Virus record (IMG/VR): IMGVR_UViG_3300000970_000007
Span: 25,311-89,310 of that record
DNA from: a virus
DNA length: 64,000 nt
Direction: 5' to 3' (one strand)
Positions 1 to 10,644 of the stretch are shown piece by piece. A program made the translations under genes and the position numbers. The notes beneath the pieces were generated by a model. It searched no databases. It worked only from the letters and a program-made list of their open reading frames with translations, and was not told the DNA's origin. Positions within the stretch are counted from its first letter, which is position 1, and the number at the start of each line of letters is the position of its first letter.

Positions 1-19
1 GAGTGAGAATTGTGCTCTA

Positions 20-487
20 ATGAATTATAAAGTAAAGGCATTATCAGTAAAAGGGTTGAATAATACTCCAGAAAACTTTAACAAAGAAGAGTTTCAAACA
101 AAATGGAAATCTATAGGAGTTGAAACAAAAGGTAAAACAGATCTAGATGTTTATTCTACTTCTACCTCAGTTGATACTATATATTTAGATTCAGATGGGT
201 CTAACTTCAACATACAACTAAAAAATACTTCTAAGAGTCTTATAGAGTTTGAACTAATTATTTCAAGAAAAGCAGGTTTAAAAATCAGTAGTGTTAAACC
301 AACTTGTTCTTGTACTGTTCCCGAACAAGAAGTCATTGATGAAAATACTGTAAGAATGTTAGTCAAGCTGAGTACTAGTAGTTTTACTAAAAATGCTAAA
401 TACGAGAGAACAATAGTATTGAATTATTATATAAATGAAAGATCAGTAAATAAAGTAAAATTACATTTAATAGGAAAAAAGGTATGA
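20..487 (+). CDS. DUF1573-like Ig-fold protein (putative)
   Basis: 155 aa ORF. VKPTCSCTVP resembles the xxSCGCT motif of the Bacteroidota DUF1573 family; recognised by eye only. Confidence 0.4.
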   Translation: MNYKVKALSVKGLNNTPENFNKEEFQTKWKSIGVETKGKTDLDVYSTSTSVDTIYLDSDGSNFNIQLKNTSKSLIEFELIISRKAGLKISSVKPTCSCTVPEQEVIDENTVRMLVKLSTSSFTKNAKYERTIVLNYYINERSVNKVKLHLIGKKV

Positions 488-708
488 ATTATACACCACT
501 AGCAATTAAAAAGTTGAAAGACTTTTCACAACAATTCCCAGATTATAGTTTTGGAGAATTAATTTATAGTATGTTAAGTACTATGAGTTTGGAGTCTAAG
601 GACTTGAAGTATGAATTAATAAAAATGGACTGCGAAGATGTTTTTGTAGCTTTAAATAGAGCCATGAGATTAGAACATGAACCTGAAGAAATTCAAGAAG
701 AAGTTTAA
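484..708 (+). CDS. hypothetical protein
   Basis: 74 aa ORF with ATGA overlap with the upstream gene. Confidence 0.6.
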   Translation: MNYTPLAIKKLKDFSQQFPDYSFGELIYSMLSTMSLESKDLKYELIKMDCEDVFVALNRAMRLEHEPEEIQEEV

Positions 709-711
709 GTT

Positions 712-1203
712 ATGAAAGGAATAATAGAAGGAAGGTTTAAGGAGTTATTAAAAGACACTAAATCATTTATGGAAAAGCAAGACTTTTTTAGAATGAAAAA
801 TGTTGAAATAACAAAGAAAATTAAGAAAAAATATGATGATAACAAAGACTTGAAAGCAAGTGAGGTTAAAGAGGAACTTATTAGTTTAGAGAAGTTCTTC
901 TTTTTTGATAATTTATTAGTTCAAAACACTTCCAAGTATACAATTCAATTGTCTCAACTTTACCAAATAATTAAGTTAGGTAAATTAGAAATTGATATAT
1001 CAGAGGAGGATAAATCCCTGTTGGAGGATATTGTTTCTAGCGATTTTGACCTGTTCAAAGTTGAAGGAAGCGAAGTTAAAACGGTGAGTAACGAATATAC
1101 TAAATCAATTATTCAAGGTATTGAAAGTAGAAAACCCACAGAATTAGAAGACCATTTTAACAGAATGATTTCAGACCCTGGATTCCAAAGTATAGAGGCT
1201 TAA
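712..1203 (+). CDS. hypothetical protein
   Basis: 163 aa ORF tightly packed in the operon. Confidence 0.7.
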   Translation: MKGIIEGRFKELLKDTKSFMEKQDFFRMKNVEITKKIKKKYDDNKDLKASEVKEELISLEKFFFFDNLLVQNTSKYTIQLSQLYQIIKLGKLEIDISEEDKSLLEDIVSSDFDLFKVEGSEVKTVSNEYTKSIIQGIESRKPTELEDHFNRMISDPGFQSIEA

Positions 1204-1766
1204 TGGCTATACCTAAAGAAGTAAAAACATACATAAGTGATTATACAGCTCCTTTAAAAAAGGAGCTTTCTTACGTTAAAGAAAATAATTGGATTGTCGA
1301 AAAGTCTAGGGTAAAACGAGTAAACAAACATAAAACAAATTACCTTTTAATAAATAGAGCTTTAGACAAGTTAAAATACTTCCATAAAATAGGTAAAGAT
1401 CATTTAAACTATAAATCTGTAAAAGACTTCGTTGCAATAATTGTAGAGTTTTTTACAGTATATAGTGAAAGATATGATAAGTATGTGGAAATAGAAGATT
1501 GGACCACTTACTCTAATATTTATGGAGATGACGAGAAAGGTCAAGAGCAGTTAATGAAAGAGATAGAAGCCGAAGTATCTTTTCAATCAGATCTTTTAAA
1601 GAATGTAAATGATTGTAGAATAATATTAGACAAACTTAACTTAGAAGGAGAGTCTAGAAGATTAGAATTACCTATTCATTCTGACATACCTGCTCCATTT
1701 TTATTAAGAAAGAAGTTGATAAAATTATTCCCAGAGATTAAAAACCATTTAGGAAATGAAGGATAA
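1203..1766 (+). CDS. hypothetical protein, positional candidate for terminase small subunit
   Basis: 187 aa ORF overlapping the TerL start. The TerS call is by position only. Confidence 0.3.
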   Translation: MAIPKEVKTYISDYTAPLKKELSYVKENNWIVEKSRVKRVNKHKTNYLLINRALDKLKYFHKIGKDHLNYKSVKDFVAIIVEFFTVYSERYDKYVEIEDWTTYSNIYGDDEKGQEQLMKEIEAEVSFQSDLLKNVNDCRIILDKLNLEGESRRLELPIHSDIPAPFLLRKKLIKLFPEIKNHLGNEG

Positions 1767-3792
1767 AGTTAAAAATAAAGAGTTTTATATATTAATGAAA
1801 AATCCTCCTCAATATGATAGGTCTAAACCTTTTTATGAGCAAGATGAGGAAGTACTTTCTTTTTATGAAGAAGAGTTTATAAAAATAACAGAAGGGTTTC
1901 ACATAGATGGTTTTTTTGTACACCCTTTCATGTATTGGCATTTGAATTATTTTATAACTCCTATTCCTCAACCTAATGGTGATGAGAAACTAATGCATCC
2001 TCCTTTAGACGACCATTTAATGTATTTCATAGAGAATTATATGAGATGTAAAGAGGAAAAACTAGGTTTAGTCTTATTCGGAAGCAGGGGGTGGAGTAAG
2101 TCAACTATCTTATCCTCAATACTTTGCTGGCTAAATACAACTAGGCAAAATGGAACATCAGAGGTTATTGGAGGAGATGATAATGACCTTAATGCTATCT
2201 CTAGATTATTAGACATAGGTTTTAACAATGTAAACCCTGCTTTTAAATTACCTAGAAATGTTTCAAATTGGAAGAAACACATTGAGTTTGGTATAAAAAC
2301 AAAAGGTAACGAAAGGATTAACTACTCTGATATATTTATTAAAAATGCAAACAAAGGGCAAAAAGGTAGTTCTGAAAAAGGAGCAGGAGGATCTCCTATC
2401 GGTTTCATTATAGATGAGATAGGTAAATTTAATCCAGTAGAGATTATACAATCAGCCCTACCTGCTTTTAGAACACAATATGGTTTAAAGTGTTATGCTA
2501 TTGCTTCGGGCACTGGAGGTTCACAAGTTCTCTCAAAAGGTGCTAAAAAAATATTAAAAAACCCTTCCAACTATGGTTTTTTAAATATGAAGTGGTCAAC
2601 GCTTAACGATAGAGTACCTAAAGAATATAGAACATGGGATAGTAGTAAGAAGTTTGGAATGTTTATACCAGGTCAGATGTCTTATAGATTACCTGTACCT
2701 AAGTTAGAAACTAACTTATCTGAATATTTAGATTTAAATAGCAAGTATTTATCTAAGTTAACTATGAAGGTTACAGATTGGAAAGGCTGTAAAGAATATA
2801 TAGAAACAGAAAGAAAAAAATTAGAAACAGATCAAGACGCTCTTAACAAATTTAAGATGTATCATCCTATAAGTACTAACGAATGTTTTCTAGAGAGTAC
2901 AAAGAATCCTTTTCCAGTAAGAGCAGCAAATAGGAAACTAGAAGAGTTAGAAGCAAGCGGTGATATAGGACAAGCAGTTAATTTAAATAGAGGAGGAGAG
3001 TGGTTAACTAAATCTTTCTCAGACAAAGATAGAGCAGAAGACCCTCATCCAGGAGGAGAGGCAGATGCACCTGTAATTATTTATAATAACCATGAGTTTC
3101 CCACTAAAAGACCTGAAGATCACACTTACGTGTCTGGTATGGATGGTTATAAAACAGATGTTTCAGACACAGACTCTGTAGGTGCACTCTATGTGCTCAA
3201 AAGACGTAATTTAGATCTTAACTCACCTTGTGAAGTAATAGTAGCTTCTTATGCAGCTAGACCACCCAGAATGATTGATTTTCATAATCAAAATGAAATA
3301 CTAGCAGAAGGGTATAACGCTCCTTGTTGTATGGAAAGTATTGATACAGGGTTTATACAACATTTAGATTTAAAGCAAAAAGCATTTGATTTACTTACAC
3401 CTGCTATAAGCTTTAGTGAGGCAGCGCAGAAGAGACCTAGTAGAGGTAATAGTAGATTTGGTATATACCCCACAAAGCAAAATCAAACCTATATGTTTAA
3501 TTTATTTCTAGATTATTGTAAAGAACCTCACGTTGTAGACATAAACGAAGATGGTACAGAAGTAGTTAAACTAGGTGTTGAATTTATAAATGACCCTGAT
3601 TTACTTAGAGAAATAATTAGGTATAAACCTGGAGGAAACCACGATAGAATTATTGCTTTTATGCATGCTTTAACATGGTGTAGAGAATTAGATAAAAAGG
3701 GATATAGACCTAAAGCAGAAGGATTAAGTAAAAAGAAAAAGAAAAGACAAGTCTATGGTACTTATGGTAGAATACGTACTAATCCATATTAA
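1756..3792 (+). CDS. terL: terminase large subunit
   Basis: Walker A-like GSRGWSKS, Walker B IIDE, coupling motif SGTGG, nuclease motifs SGMDGY and GNHDR; lies upstream of the portal-like gene. Confidence 0.92.
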   Translation: MKDKVKNKEFYILMKNPPQYDRSKPFYEQDEEVLSFYEEEFIKITEGFHIDGFFVHPFMYWHLNYFITPIPQPNGDEKLMHPPLDDHLMYFIENYMRCKEEKLGLVLFGSRGWSKSTILSSILCWLNTTRQNGTSEVIGGDDNDLNAISRLLDIGFNNVNPAFKLPRNVSNWKKHIEFGIKTKGNERINYSDIFIKNANKGQKGSSEKGAGGSPIGFIIDEIGKFNPVEIIQSALPAFRTQYGLKCYAIASGTGGSQVLSKGAKKILKNPSNYGFLNMKWSTLNDRVPKEYRTWDSSKKFGMFIPGQMSYRLPVPKLETNLSEYLDLNSKYLSKLTMKVTDWKGCKEYIETERKKLETDQDALNKFKMYHPISTNECFLESTKNPFPVRAANRKLEELEASGDIGQAVNLNRGGEWLTKSFSDKDRAEDPHPGGEADAPVIIYNNHEFPTKRPEDHTYVSGMDGYKTDVSDTDSVGALYVLKRRNLDLNSPCEVIVASYAARPPRMIDFHNQNEILAEGYNAPCCMESIDTGFIQHLDLKQKAFDLLTPAISFSEAAQKRPSRGNSRFGIYPTKQNQTYMFNLFLDYCKEPHVVDINEDGTEVVKLGVEFINDPDLLREIIRYKPGGNHDRIIAFMHALTWCRELDKKGYRPKAEGLSKKKKKRQVYGTYGRIRTNPY

Positions 3793-3831
3793 ATATTATT
3801 TTACTTATTTTAAAAAACCCCTAATTTTAGT

Positions 3832-3839
3832 TAGTTTTG
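3832..3839 (+). promoter_or_regulatory. Bacteroidota-type -7 promoter box (TAGTTTTG)
   Basis: Matches TAnnTTTG in the intergenic gap before the portal gene; no clear -33 TTTG. Confidence 0.5.
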
Positions 3840-3882
3840 CTGAATAAACAATCTAATTTTAATTTAAATTAAAACATACTAA

Positions 3883-6630
3883 ATGTTTAATAATCAATCG
3901 TATTGGTACGATAACATAAATTCATCTACTTATTTACCTCCCATCGCTGTAAAAAAGAGCGTAAGAGAAAGTAAGAAGTGGAAGAAGGCAATGTTAGATG
4001 GTTTAGAAAGAATAGCTATTGAACAGTTTGACGAAAATCAAAAGTTCGTAGATTATTATAGAATGGTTGATGGAGAAATGTCTTTCCAAGAGCTTAAAGA
4101 AGCTATACCTCAATTAAGTGATACTCAAGATCTTTTAGATGGCGTAGGAATACCTAGTTTTTTAAAACACTACGATTTAATTGGTATAATAGTTAACGCT
4201 TTAGTAGGTATCTTAATAGACCAAAAAGAAATATTCCATGTTATAGATACAGGGGAAGTTGCTGAAAGTGAGTACATAAGAGAAAAAACTAAAAAGTTAA
4301 GAGAGTTAATAACTGAAAAAATACAAGCAGGTATTAACATAGCTTTAGCAGAAGCAGGTATTGACCCAGAAAAAGCAGATTTTCAATCAGAAGAGGAGCA
4401 ACAACAATATATTGCAGAAATGCAAAAAGTCATTGATGGTAATACTCCTAAAGACTTACAAGAAGAATTAAATAAAAAATTCAAAACCAAAGGTGTACAA
4501 TGGGCTAATGCAACTTTAGACCAAGATGCTGAAAAGTTTGATGAAGATAAGTTAGATAAAGATAATTTTAAAGATTTATTACTTACAGGAAGGTGTTTTA
4601 GACATTATAAAGTAAATTTTGACAGTTATTACCCAGAAAATTGGAGTCCTATAAATACTTTCTTTTCTCAAACATTAGATGTGACCTATCCACAGAAAGG
4701 GCAATATGTAGGAAGAGTTCATTTCTTTTCACCAACAGATGTCATTAATAGATACGGTGAGTACTTGGACAGTAAACAACAAAAAGATTTATTATCAGGT
4801 AATGAGGATTGGCAAAACTTTGTTATGGAAGATAGACCAGGAGGTATCAGTTCTTCTATACAAAGTAACTTTAATACAAGATATACAGTACCTCACGCCA
4901 ACTATTTTGATTATAATTACGCTTTAAATCTGCAAGATACACTAGGAGTACCCCTAGGTGTTTATACAGATTATCGAACAGGTGAAGAGAGAGATAGATA
5001 TTTACCTCATAGGTTTAACGATCAAAATTATATAAACACTAGAAGACAACAATCTTTAAGGACAGATTTAAGACTAAGAGATGATCTTTGTCAAGTTTTA
5101 GAAGTTTACACAATTGTATATGAGCTTATAGGATTTCTTACCTATGAGAATGAGTTTGGAGGAGTAGAAACTGCTGAAGTAACAGAGGATATATTACCAG
5201 AGTTTATTAAAGAAAAAGGTATTAAACAATCTTTCACCCAAACATTAATGGACATCAAAGAAGGTTTTGAGGTTAATACTTTAAAGTGGTATTATAGACC
5301 AGTCTGTTATGAAGGTCTTAAAATTAAAAGCCCTAATTTAAATAAAGACATTTACGTTTATTTAAAACCTTGTGAATATCAGATAAAAGGAGACTCTAAT
5401 ATATTTGAAGTACAATTACCTGTTTCAGGTTATGTAGGTAAATCTTTTGCTAAGAAGATAGCACCTTATCAAGCAGGTTACAATTTAGCAATGAATCAGA
5501 CTTATTCTTTAATGGAGAAGGAGATGGGAAAATTGTTCTTACTAGATGTTGCTTTTATACCTAGTGAATTTGGAGAGTGGGGAGATGCAGAGGAAGCTTT
5601 GGTTCACTTAAAGAATGTAGCAAAAGATGTAGGTATTTTACCAGTCGCTACTACGGGAGATTCTAAAAGAGATCAAAACACCTTTAACCAGTTTGCTCAA
5701 TACGACTTAACTAATACAAGCCAAATAGCTACTAGGAGAGATATGGCAGAGTATTATAAAAATAAAGCTTATGAAGCTATCGGTATAAACGGATCATTAT
5801 TAGGAAGTCCTACTAAATATGAAACAGCAGAAGGTGTTAAAGTAAGTAACAATGCTTCTATGGCACAATTAGCTGAGATATTTAAAGAGTTTTCTTCTTA
5901 TAGAAAGCATACTCTTGCATTACATTTAAATATTGCACAATATTGTCAAGGAGATGGAAAAGACTTATCATTAATGTCTACTAAATCTGACTCTTCTATT
6001 CAATTTCTTAAATTAACGGATCCTGAATTCCCATTAAGAAGGTTAGGTTTGATACCATCAGCAGATAATAAGAAGAAAAAAGAATTAGAAACTCTCAAAC
6101 AGCAAATACTTCAAACCAATACGTTAGGTAATGATATTTTAGATTTAGCAGAGTTAGTAGGTTCTGATAGTTATTCAGAGGCTATAGAGATGGCTAGAAT
6201 ATCAAGAAAAAGAGCACAAGAAGCTGTTCAACAAAAACAACAAGCAGATAGACAGAATATAGAACTTCAAAATAAACTAGATGAAGAAAGAGCTGAGAAA
6301 GAATATCAACGTCAAGAAATTAGTAAAGATAAAGACAGACAAGTTAAACTAGAAGATGCTAGAATAGAAGCTTTAGGTAGAGCTTTAGATGAAGATGCTA
6401 CTGGAAGAACAACAGATGCTATAAATAAGGAAGCAGATAGAGCACAACGTCAGTTAAAAATGGATAGTGATATAGATGTTAACATTCAGAATATAAAATT
6501 AAAGGAAAAGAAAATAACAGAGGACTCTAAGTTAAGAGTAGAACAACTTAAATTAAAAGCTGAAGAGCTAAAACTAAAAAGAGAGAGAATGCAAGCTGAC
6601 AAGTATATAGCTACTATAAATAAAAATTAA
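3883..6630 (+). CDS. portal protein (crAss-like, with long C-terminal coiled coil)
   Basis: 915 aa, lies between TerL and the scaffold/MCP genes; segments DLLLTGRCFRHY and PENWSPINTFF; C-terminal charged helical barrel region. Confidence 0.85.
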   Translation: MFNNQSYWYDNINSSTYLPPIAVKKSVRESKKWKKAMLDGLERIAIEQFDENQKFVDYYRMVDGEMSFQELKEAIPQLSDTQDLLDGVGIPSFLKHYDLIGIIVNALVGILIDQKEIFHVIDTGEVAESEYIREKTKKLRELITEKIQAGINIALAEAGIDPEKADFQSEEEQQQYIAEMQKVIDGNTPKDLQEELNKKFKTKGVQWANATLDQDAEKFDEDKLDKDNFKDLLLTGRCFRHYKVNFDSYYPENWSPINTFFSQTLDVTYPQKGQYVGRVHFFSPTDVINRYGEYLDSKQQKDLLSGNEDWQNFVMEDRPGGISSSIQSNFNTRYTVPHANYFDYNYALNLQDTLGVPLGVYTDYRTGEERDRYLPHRFNDQNYINTRRQQSLRTDLRLRDDLCQVLEVYTIVYELIGFLTYENEFGGVETAEVTEDILPEFIKEKGIKQSFTQTLMDIKEGFEVNTLKWYYRPVCYEGLKIKSPNLNKDIYVYLKPCEYQIKGDSNIFEVQLPVSGYVGKSFAKKIAPYQAGYNLAMNQTYSLMEKEMGKLFLLDVAFIPSEFGEWGDAEEALVHLKNVAKDVGILPVATTGDSKRDQNTFNQFAQYDLTNTSQIATRRDMAEYYKNKAYEAIGINGSLLGSPTKYETAEGVKVSNNASMAQLAEIFKEFSSYRKHTLALHLNIAQYCQGDGKDLSLMSTKSDSSIQFLKLTDPEFPLRRLGLIPSADNKKKKELETLKQQILQTNTLGNDILDLAELVGSDSYSEAIEMARISRKRAQEAVQQKQQADRQNIELQNKLDEERAEKEYQRQEISKDKDRQVKLEDARIEALGRALDEDATGRTTDAINKEADRAQRQLKMDSDIDVNIQNIKLKEKKITEDSKLRVEQLKLKAEELKLKRERMQADKYIATINKN

Positions 6631-6690
6631 TTTTATTTAAAAATAAAATTTTTATTTACGCTTTTTACCAGTATTATAATTTTTAACTCT

Positions 6691-6722
6691 TTTGGAAAAT
6701 TAGAAACCAATAAATAAATTTG
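6691..6722 (+). promoter_or_regulatory. Bacteroidota sigma-A promoter TTTG-N20-TAAATTTG
   Basis: TTTG at 6691-6694 and TAAATTTG at 6715-6722, 2 nt before the ATG at 6725. Confidence 0.7.
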
Positions 6723-6724
6723 CA

Positions 6725-7867
6725 ATGGAAAATAACAAACGAGAGATTAATTTTGATCCAAGTGAAAACTCTTTTTCAGGAGTACAAGATTTAAACAGTA
6801 TTTTTACAGAAGATGAACCTGTGAAGCAACCTGAGAAATTAGAAGATATTTTTGAAAAGACAGAGGAAAAAGAACAACCTTCAGAAGTTAAGGAAGAAAG
6901 CTCTGATGAAATTGATGTAACTACTTTTTTAACAGAAGATAAAGTTGAAGAAGAGGAGCCTGAAGCTATAGAAGTTCTCAAAGAAGAATCTAACCCTTAC
7001 AGAGATTTAGCTAAAGATTTTTTTGGAGACACTTTTGATACTATTATAGTAGAAGAGGATGGAGAAGAAGTTGAGAAGTCTTTAGAAGATTTAGATCTAG
7101 ATAAAGATTCCTTCCTTGATTTAGTAAAAAGCCATATTGAAGAAATTAAAGCAGAAGCAAACGCTGATAAAATAGACGTAAAAGATACTTCTGATTTAAT
7201 AAAGAAGATAATAGACATAGACAAGAACGGAGGTAACGTTACTGAAGCTTTAAATGTACAAAAAGAATATCAAGATCCTTTTAATTCTTTAGACTTAACT
7301 GATGAAGATGATCAGAAAAGAGCTATTATACTTGGAGAAAGATTAGCAGGAACATCAGACGAAAAGATAGCTAAGAAGCTAAAGTTTTATGAGTTTGAAG
7401 GTATTTTGAGTGAAGAAGCCTTTGCTATTAAAGAACAAGCTGATATAATAGCTGAGGAAAGATTAGAACAAATAAAACAAGATTCTATACAACAAAGAGA
7501 GTATGAGAAACAAGCTCTTAAAAAGTATAGAGGAGATTTATCTAGTTCTTTAGATTCTTTTGAATTGAAACCTTCTTTCAAAAAGAAACTTTTAGATATA
7601 TCTAGTAGAAAAAATGAAGAAGGTAGATTTGAGTTAGATGATTTATATAGTAAAATGAGATCTAATCCTACCGAATCTGCTGAATTAATAATGTTTTTAG
7701 CTAATAAAGAAGAGTATTTAAAGCAAAAAATGTCTACTGAAATCACTAAAAAACAAGTAGATACTCAAAAAAAGCTAAGACTTACTAAAAGAGGAAGAGC
7801 AGATAATAAAATTAAAGCATCATCATCTAAAGATGAATTTTTAGATATGGATGATTTACCAAGATAA
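6725..7867 (+). CDS. acidic scaffold-like head assembly protein
   Basis: 380 aa, very D/E-rich and helical, lies between portal and MCP. Confidence 0.6.
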   Translation: MENNKREINFDPSENSFSGVQDLNSIFTEDEPVKQPEKLEDIFEKTEEKEQPSEVKEESSDEIDVTTFLTEDKVEEEEPEAIEVLKEESNPYRDLAKDFFGDTFDTIIVEEDGEEVEKSLEDLDLDKDSFLDLVKSHIEEIKAEANADKIDVKDTSDLIKKIIDIDKNGGNVTEALNVQKEYQDPFNSLDLTDEDDQKRAIILGERLAGTSDEKIAKKLKFYEFEGILSEEAFAIKEQADIIAEERLEQIKQDSIQQREYEKQALKKYRGDLSSSLDSFELKPSFKKKLLDISSRKNEEGRFELDDLYSKMRSNPTESAELIMFLANKEEYLKQKMSTEITKKQVDTQKKLRLTKRGRADNKIKASSSKDEFLDMDDLPR

Positions 7868-7893
7868 AAATAAATAATAAACAAATAGTAAAG

Positions 7894-9579
7894 ATGACAA
7901 ACAATAAATTTGACATTTTTGAAAGCATCAATGGTGACTCGGTTATTGGGTTTACTAGTGCAAAGGCTTTGAAGAATGTTACACATGCAGATTCTGCAAC
8001 AGTAGGTTCATGGTTAATGGACGATGAAAACTCTCACCGTAAGCATCTAGGCTTGATTGAATTATTCTCTCAAACTCACGGTGTAAATTTACCTTTCATG
8101 AAAGATTTGTTCAAAAACAATCAAGTAATGGAATTAGAAGGTGGACAAAGCATTACTTATGATTTACCTGTACAACGTACTATTAAGTGTGTAACTGCTG
8201 TAGATACTAGCGCACTTTATGAGACACCTGGAATTGACGGAGGTATTTTCGAAATCGTTTTAGATACTATGTATTCTAACGGTGATGTACTTTCTAATGA
8301 TCCTCAATATGGAGATCAAATTATTGTCTCAGAAGGACACGAGGTTGTAAGAGAAGGAGAAAACTATAGACACTTTGTAAAGTTAGTAAGTAATGACAGA
8401 GCAGAATGGTTTGACGCAGATAACCTTAAAGCAGGTATTGAATACTGTAAAGTAGGTCACGTAATGGGTGAGTATTCTACTCAATATTCTAAGATCAATA
8501 TGATGAACCTTCCAGTAGGAACAATTACGAATGAGTTCATCTTAGGCAATAAAAGAGGGGTAGAAACTGCTTACACAGAAGCTGCTGCAAGAATGACTTC
8601 GAATGTACTTAATCAAGCTTCAGTATCTATGGATTCTCTTAACGCACAGTTAGAATCTATGGGAGGAAGTAAAGAAAAAGGAATGTTCTACATTGCTCCT
8701 AAAGCTAGTAATGGAAAAGTATCTAAGAAAGGAATGATGGTAGGTAATACTTTAGAGTATTTAGCTATGATGGAGCTTTCTAAGATTGAAGCCCACCAAT
8801 TATTATTTCAGAAAGCAGGTGTTGTTAATGATGTTAACGGACATAAAGTATTAAATGAAGGTGTTTGGCATCAAATCAGAAGAGGTAAGGTTATTAAGTA
8901 TCCTAAACCAGGTGCAATGACTAAGCAACATATTCAAGAAGCAGCTTCTTACATCTTCAAAGGAAGAGGTGATCTACATCCTTCGAAAAGAAAGATTAAA
9001 TTTAAGGCAGGTTGGTATGCTTACCAAAATATTTTAGAAATATTCAGAGTAGAAATTGCTAATCAATTAAGTTCTTTAGCACCTTATTTAGGAACAGATT
9101 CTAGAATCCCTTCTCCTATTTCAGGTAAATTAGATGCTTTGAAAATGGATCCAGTTATTTTCAAAGAAGTTCACTTACCAGGTATCGGAATGGTTGAAAT
9201 TGAGTGGGACCCTAGTTTGGATTACATGCCTAACACTGACAGATTCTCTAGAGGAAACTTTGGTGAAGGATATGCTCATACATCTTACTCAATGGTTATT
9301 TGGGATTTAACAGATTCTGAATACTCAAATGCTTCTGAAAAAGTAAAAGGAGCAAAAGTAATTGAAGGAGGAAACAAAAGAGCTAATATGTACTATGTTA
9401 AGCCTGAAGGTTCTCATATTACTTATGGATACGAGCAAGGTCGTATGGCAAATGGTGCTAACTACCAAGATGTTCAATCAAGTTTGAAAACTGCATCTAG
9501 AACTTTCTGGTGTAATTCTCAATCAGCTGCTTTAGTACTAGATACCACTAGATATTTAGTAATTGAATTACAGCGATAA
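7894..9579 (+). CDS. major capsid protein (crAss-like HK97 fold)
   Basis: 561 aa, canonical position after portal and scaffold, followed by a strong hairpin. Confidence 0.8.
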   Translation: MTNNKFDIFESINGDSVIGFTSAKALKNVTHADSATVGSWLMDDENSHRKHLGLIELFSQTHGVNLPFMKDLFKNNQVMELEGGQSITYDLPVQRTIKCVTAVDTSALYETPGIDGGIFEIVLDTMYSNGDVLSNDPQYGDQIIVSEGHEVVREGENYRHFVKLVSNDRAEWFDADNLKAGIEYCKVGHVMGEYSTQYSKINMMNLPVGTITNEFILGNKRGVETAYTEAAARMTSNVLNQASVSMDSLNAQLESMGGSKEKGMFYIAPKASNGKVSKKGMMVGNTLEYLAMMELSKIEAHQLLFQKAGVVNDVNGHKVLNEGVWHQIRRGKVIKYPKPGAMTKQHIQEAASYIFKGRGDLHPSKRKIKFKAGWYAYQNILEIFRVEIANQLSSLAPYLGTDSRIPSPISGKLDALKMDPVIFKEVHLPGIGMVEIEWDPSLDYMPNTDRFSRGNFGEGYAHTSYSMVIWDLTDSEYSNASEKVKGAKVIEGGNKRANMYYVKPEGSHITYGYEQGRMANGANYQDVQSSLKTASRTFWCNSQSAALVLDTTRYLVIELQR

Positions 9580-9589
9580 TATAATATAA

Positions 9590-9629
9590 AATATTTAACG
9601 GATTCTAAACAAAGGGTCCGTTAAATATT
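9590..9629 (+). terminator. hairpin after MCP (terminator or processing stem)
   Basis: Perfect 13-bp inverted repeat AATATTTAACGGA / TCCGTTAAATATT with a 14-nt loop. Confidence 0.65.
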
Positions 9630-9663
9630 CCTTTACTTATTTTAGTTTTGGACGGTACTTTTG

Positions 9664-9671
9664 TATATTTG
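9664..9671 (+). promoter_or_regulatory. Bacteroidota-type -7 box (TATATTTG)
   Basis: TAnnTTTG match upstream of the gene at 9694. Confidence 0.55.
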
Positions 9672-9693
9672 AAGACCAAAGAAAACCAACAAA

Positions 9694-10644
9694 ATGAAAA
9701 GTGAATTAATTATAGAAATAGATGGTTTTAAATTAAAAACTAATTCTATTTATAAAGTAGTAAACAAACCTGATGCAGACGCTCCTTCTGGACTCAAAGC
9801 GTTAGGAACTACAAAAATACCTTCAGATGGTGTACAAGATGTAGCAGGATGTCGCTACGATGTTAAAAAGAATAAATGGGACCACGGTTTTAACACAAAT
9901 TGCCCCTGTTATAGTGGTAAAGAACCTAGAGAAGCCCAGGCATTAGTTGATATATTGAATGAAAAAATAGCTCAACCATATGCTAATACTTATGTTAACT
10001 CAGATCAATTAATAGTTACAAACTCCGCAGATGAGTTTTGGGAAAACTATAGTTATAACCTGGAAGACGGTAAAATTTTTAAAACATCTGATGTAAAAGA
10101 TTTATTTGACCTTTACATTGCTTTAAGAAGTTATTCATTAACTCCTTCAAATAAAAAAGGATCTCCTAAGTATAGAAATTCTGCATATATGATTGTTGAT
10201 AACAACTTAGCTGTAGAACATAAGAAATCTCAAAATACTCTGAAAATAGATGCTATAACTGAGTTTGGTATCTTATTAAAAACAGACAAAACAAAATTAC
10301 TCCATGTTTTATATTACATGGGTCATACATTCCAAGAAGACGCTTCGGATATTGATTTGAAGAACATTTTCGCAACACTTACAGATTCTCCTGAAAATGT
10401 AGAATACTTTATGAAGGTTGTAGAGCAGTCAGATAAGGAAGGAGGGGAAGAAAGACTTTATTTGTATAGAAAGCTAATGGATAGCTATAAGAGAGATACA
10501 GGAGTTAAGAAATTACCAAATGGATCTTTTGTTTATAAAGACACTGAAATTGGAGCAGAACTTAAAACAGCAGCTCAAAGGATAAGTATAGAAGAAGACT
10601 TCAGTTCAATCAAAAAAGAAATTTTATTAGGAAGTGACGATTAA
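9694..10644 (+). CDS. hypothetical protein of the capsid module
   Basis: 316 aa ORF directly after MCP. Confidence 0.65.
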   Translation: MKSELIIEIDGFKLKTNSIYKVVNKPDADAPSGLKALGTTKIPSDGVQDVAGCRYDVKKNKWDHGFNTNCPCYSGKEPREAQALVDILNEKIAQPYANTYVNSDQLIVTNSADEFWENYSYNLEDGKIFKTSDVKDLFDLYIALRSYSLTPSNKKGSPKYRNSAYMIVDNNLAVEHKKSQNTLKIDAITEFGILLKTDKTKLLHVLYYMGHTFQEDASDIDLKNIFATLTDSPENVEYFMKVVEQSDKEGGEERLYLYRKLMDSYKRDTGVKKLPNGSFVYKDTEIGAELKTAAQRISIEEDFSSIKKEILLGSDD

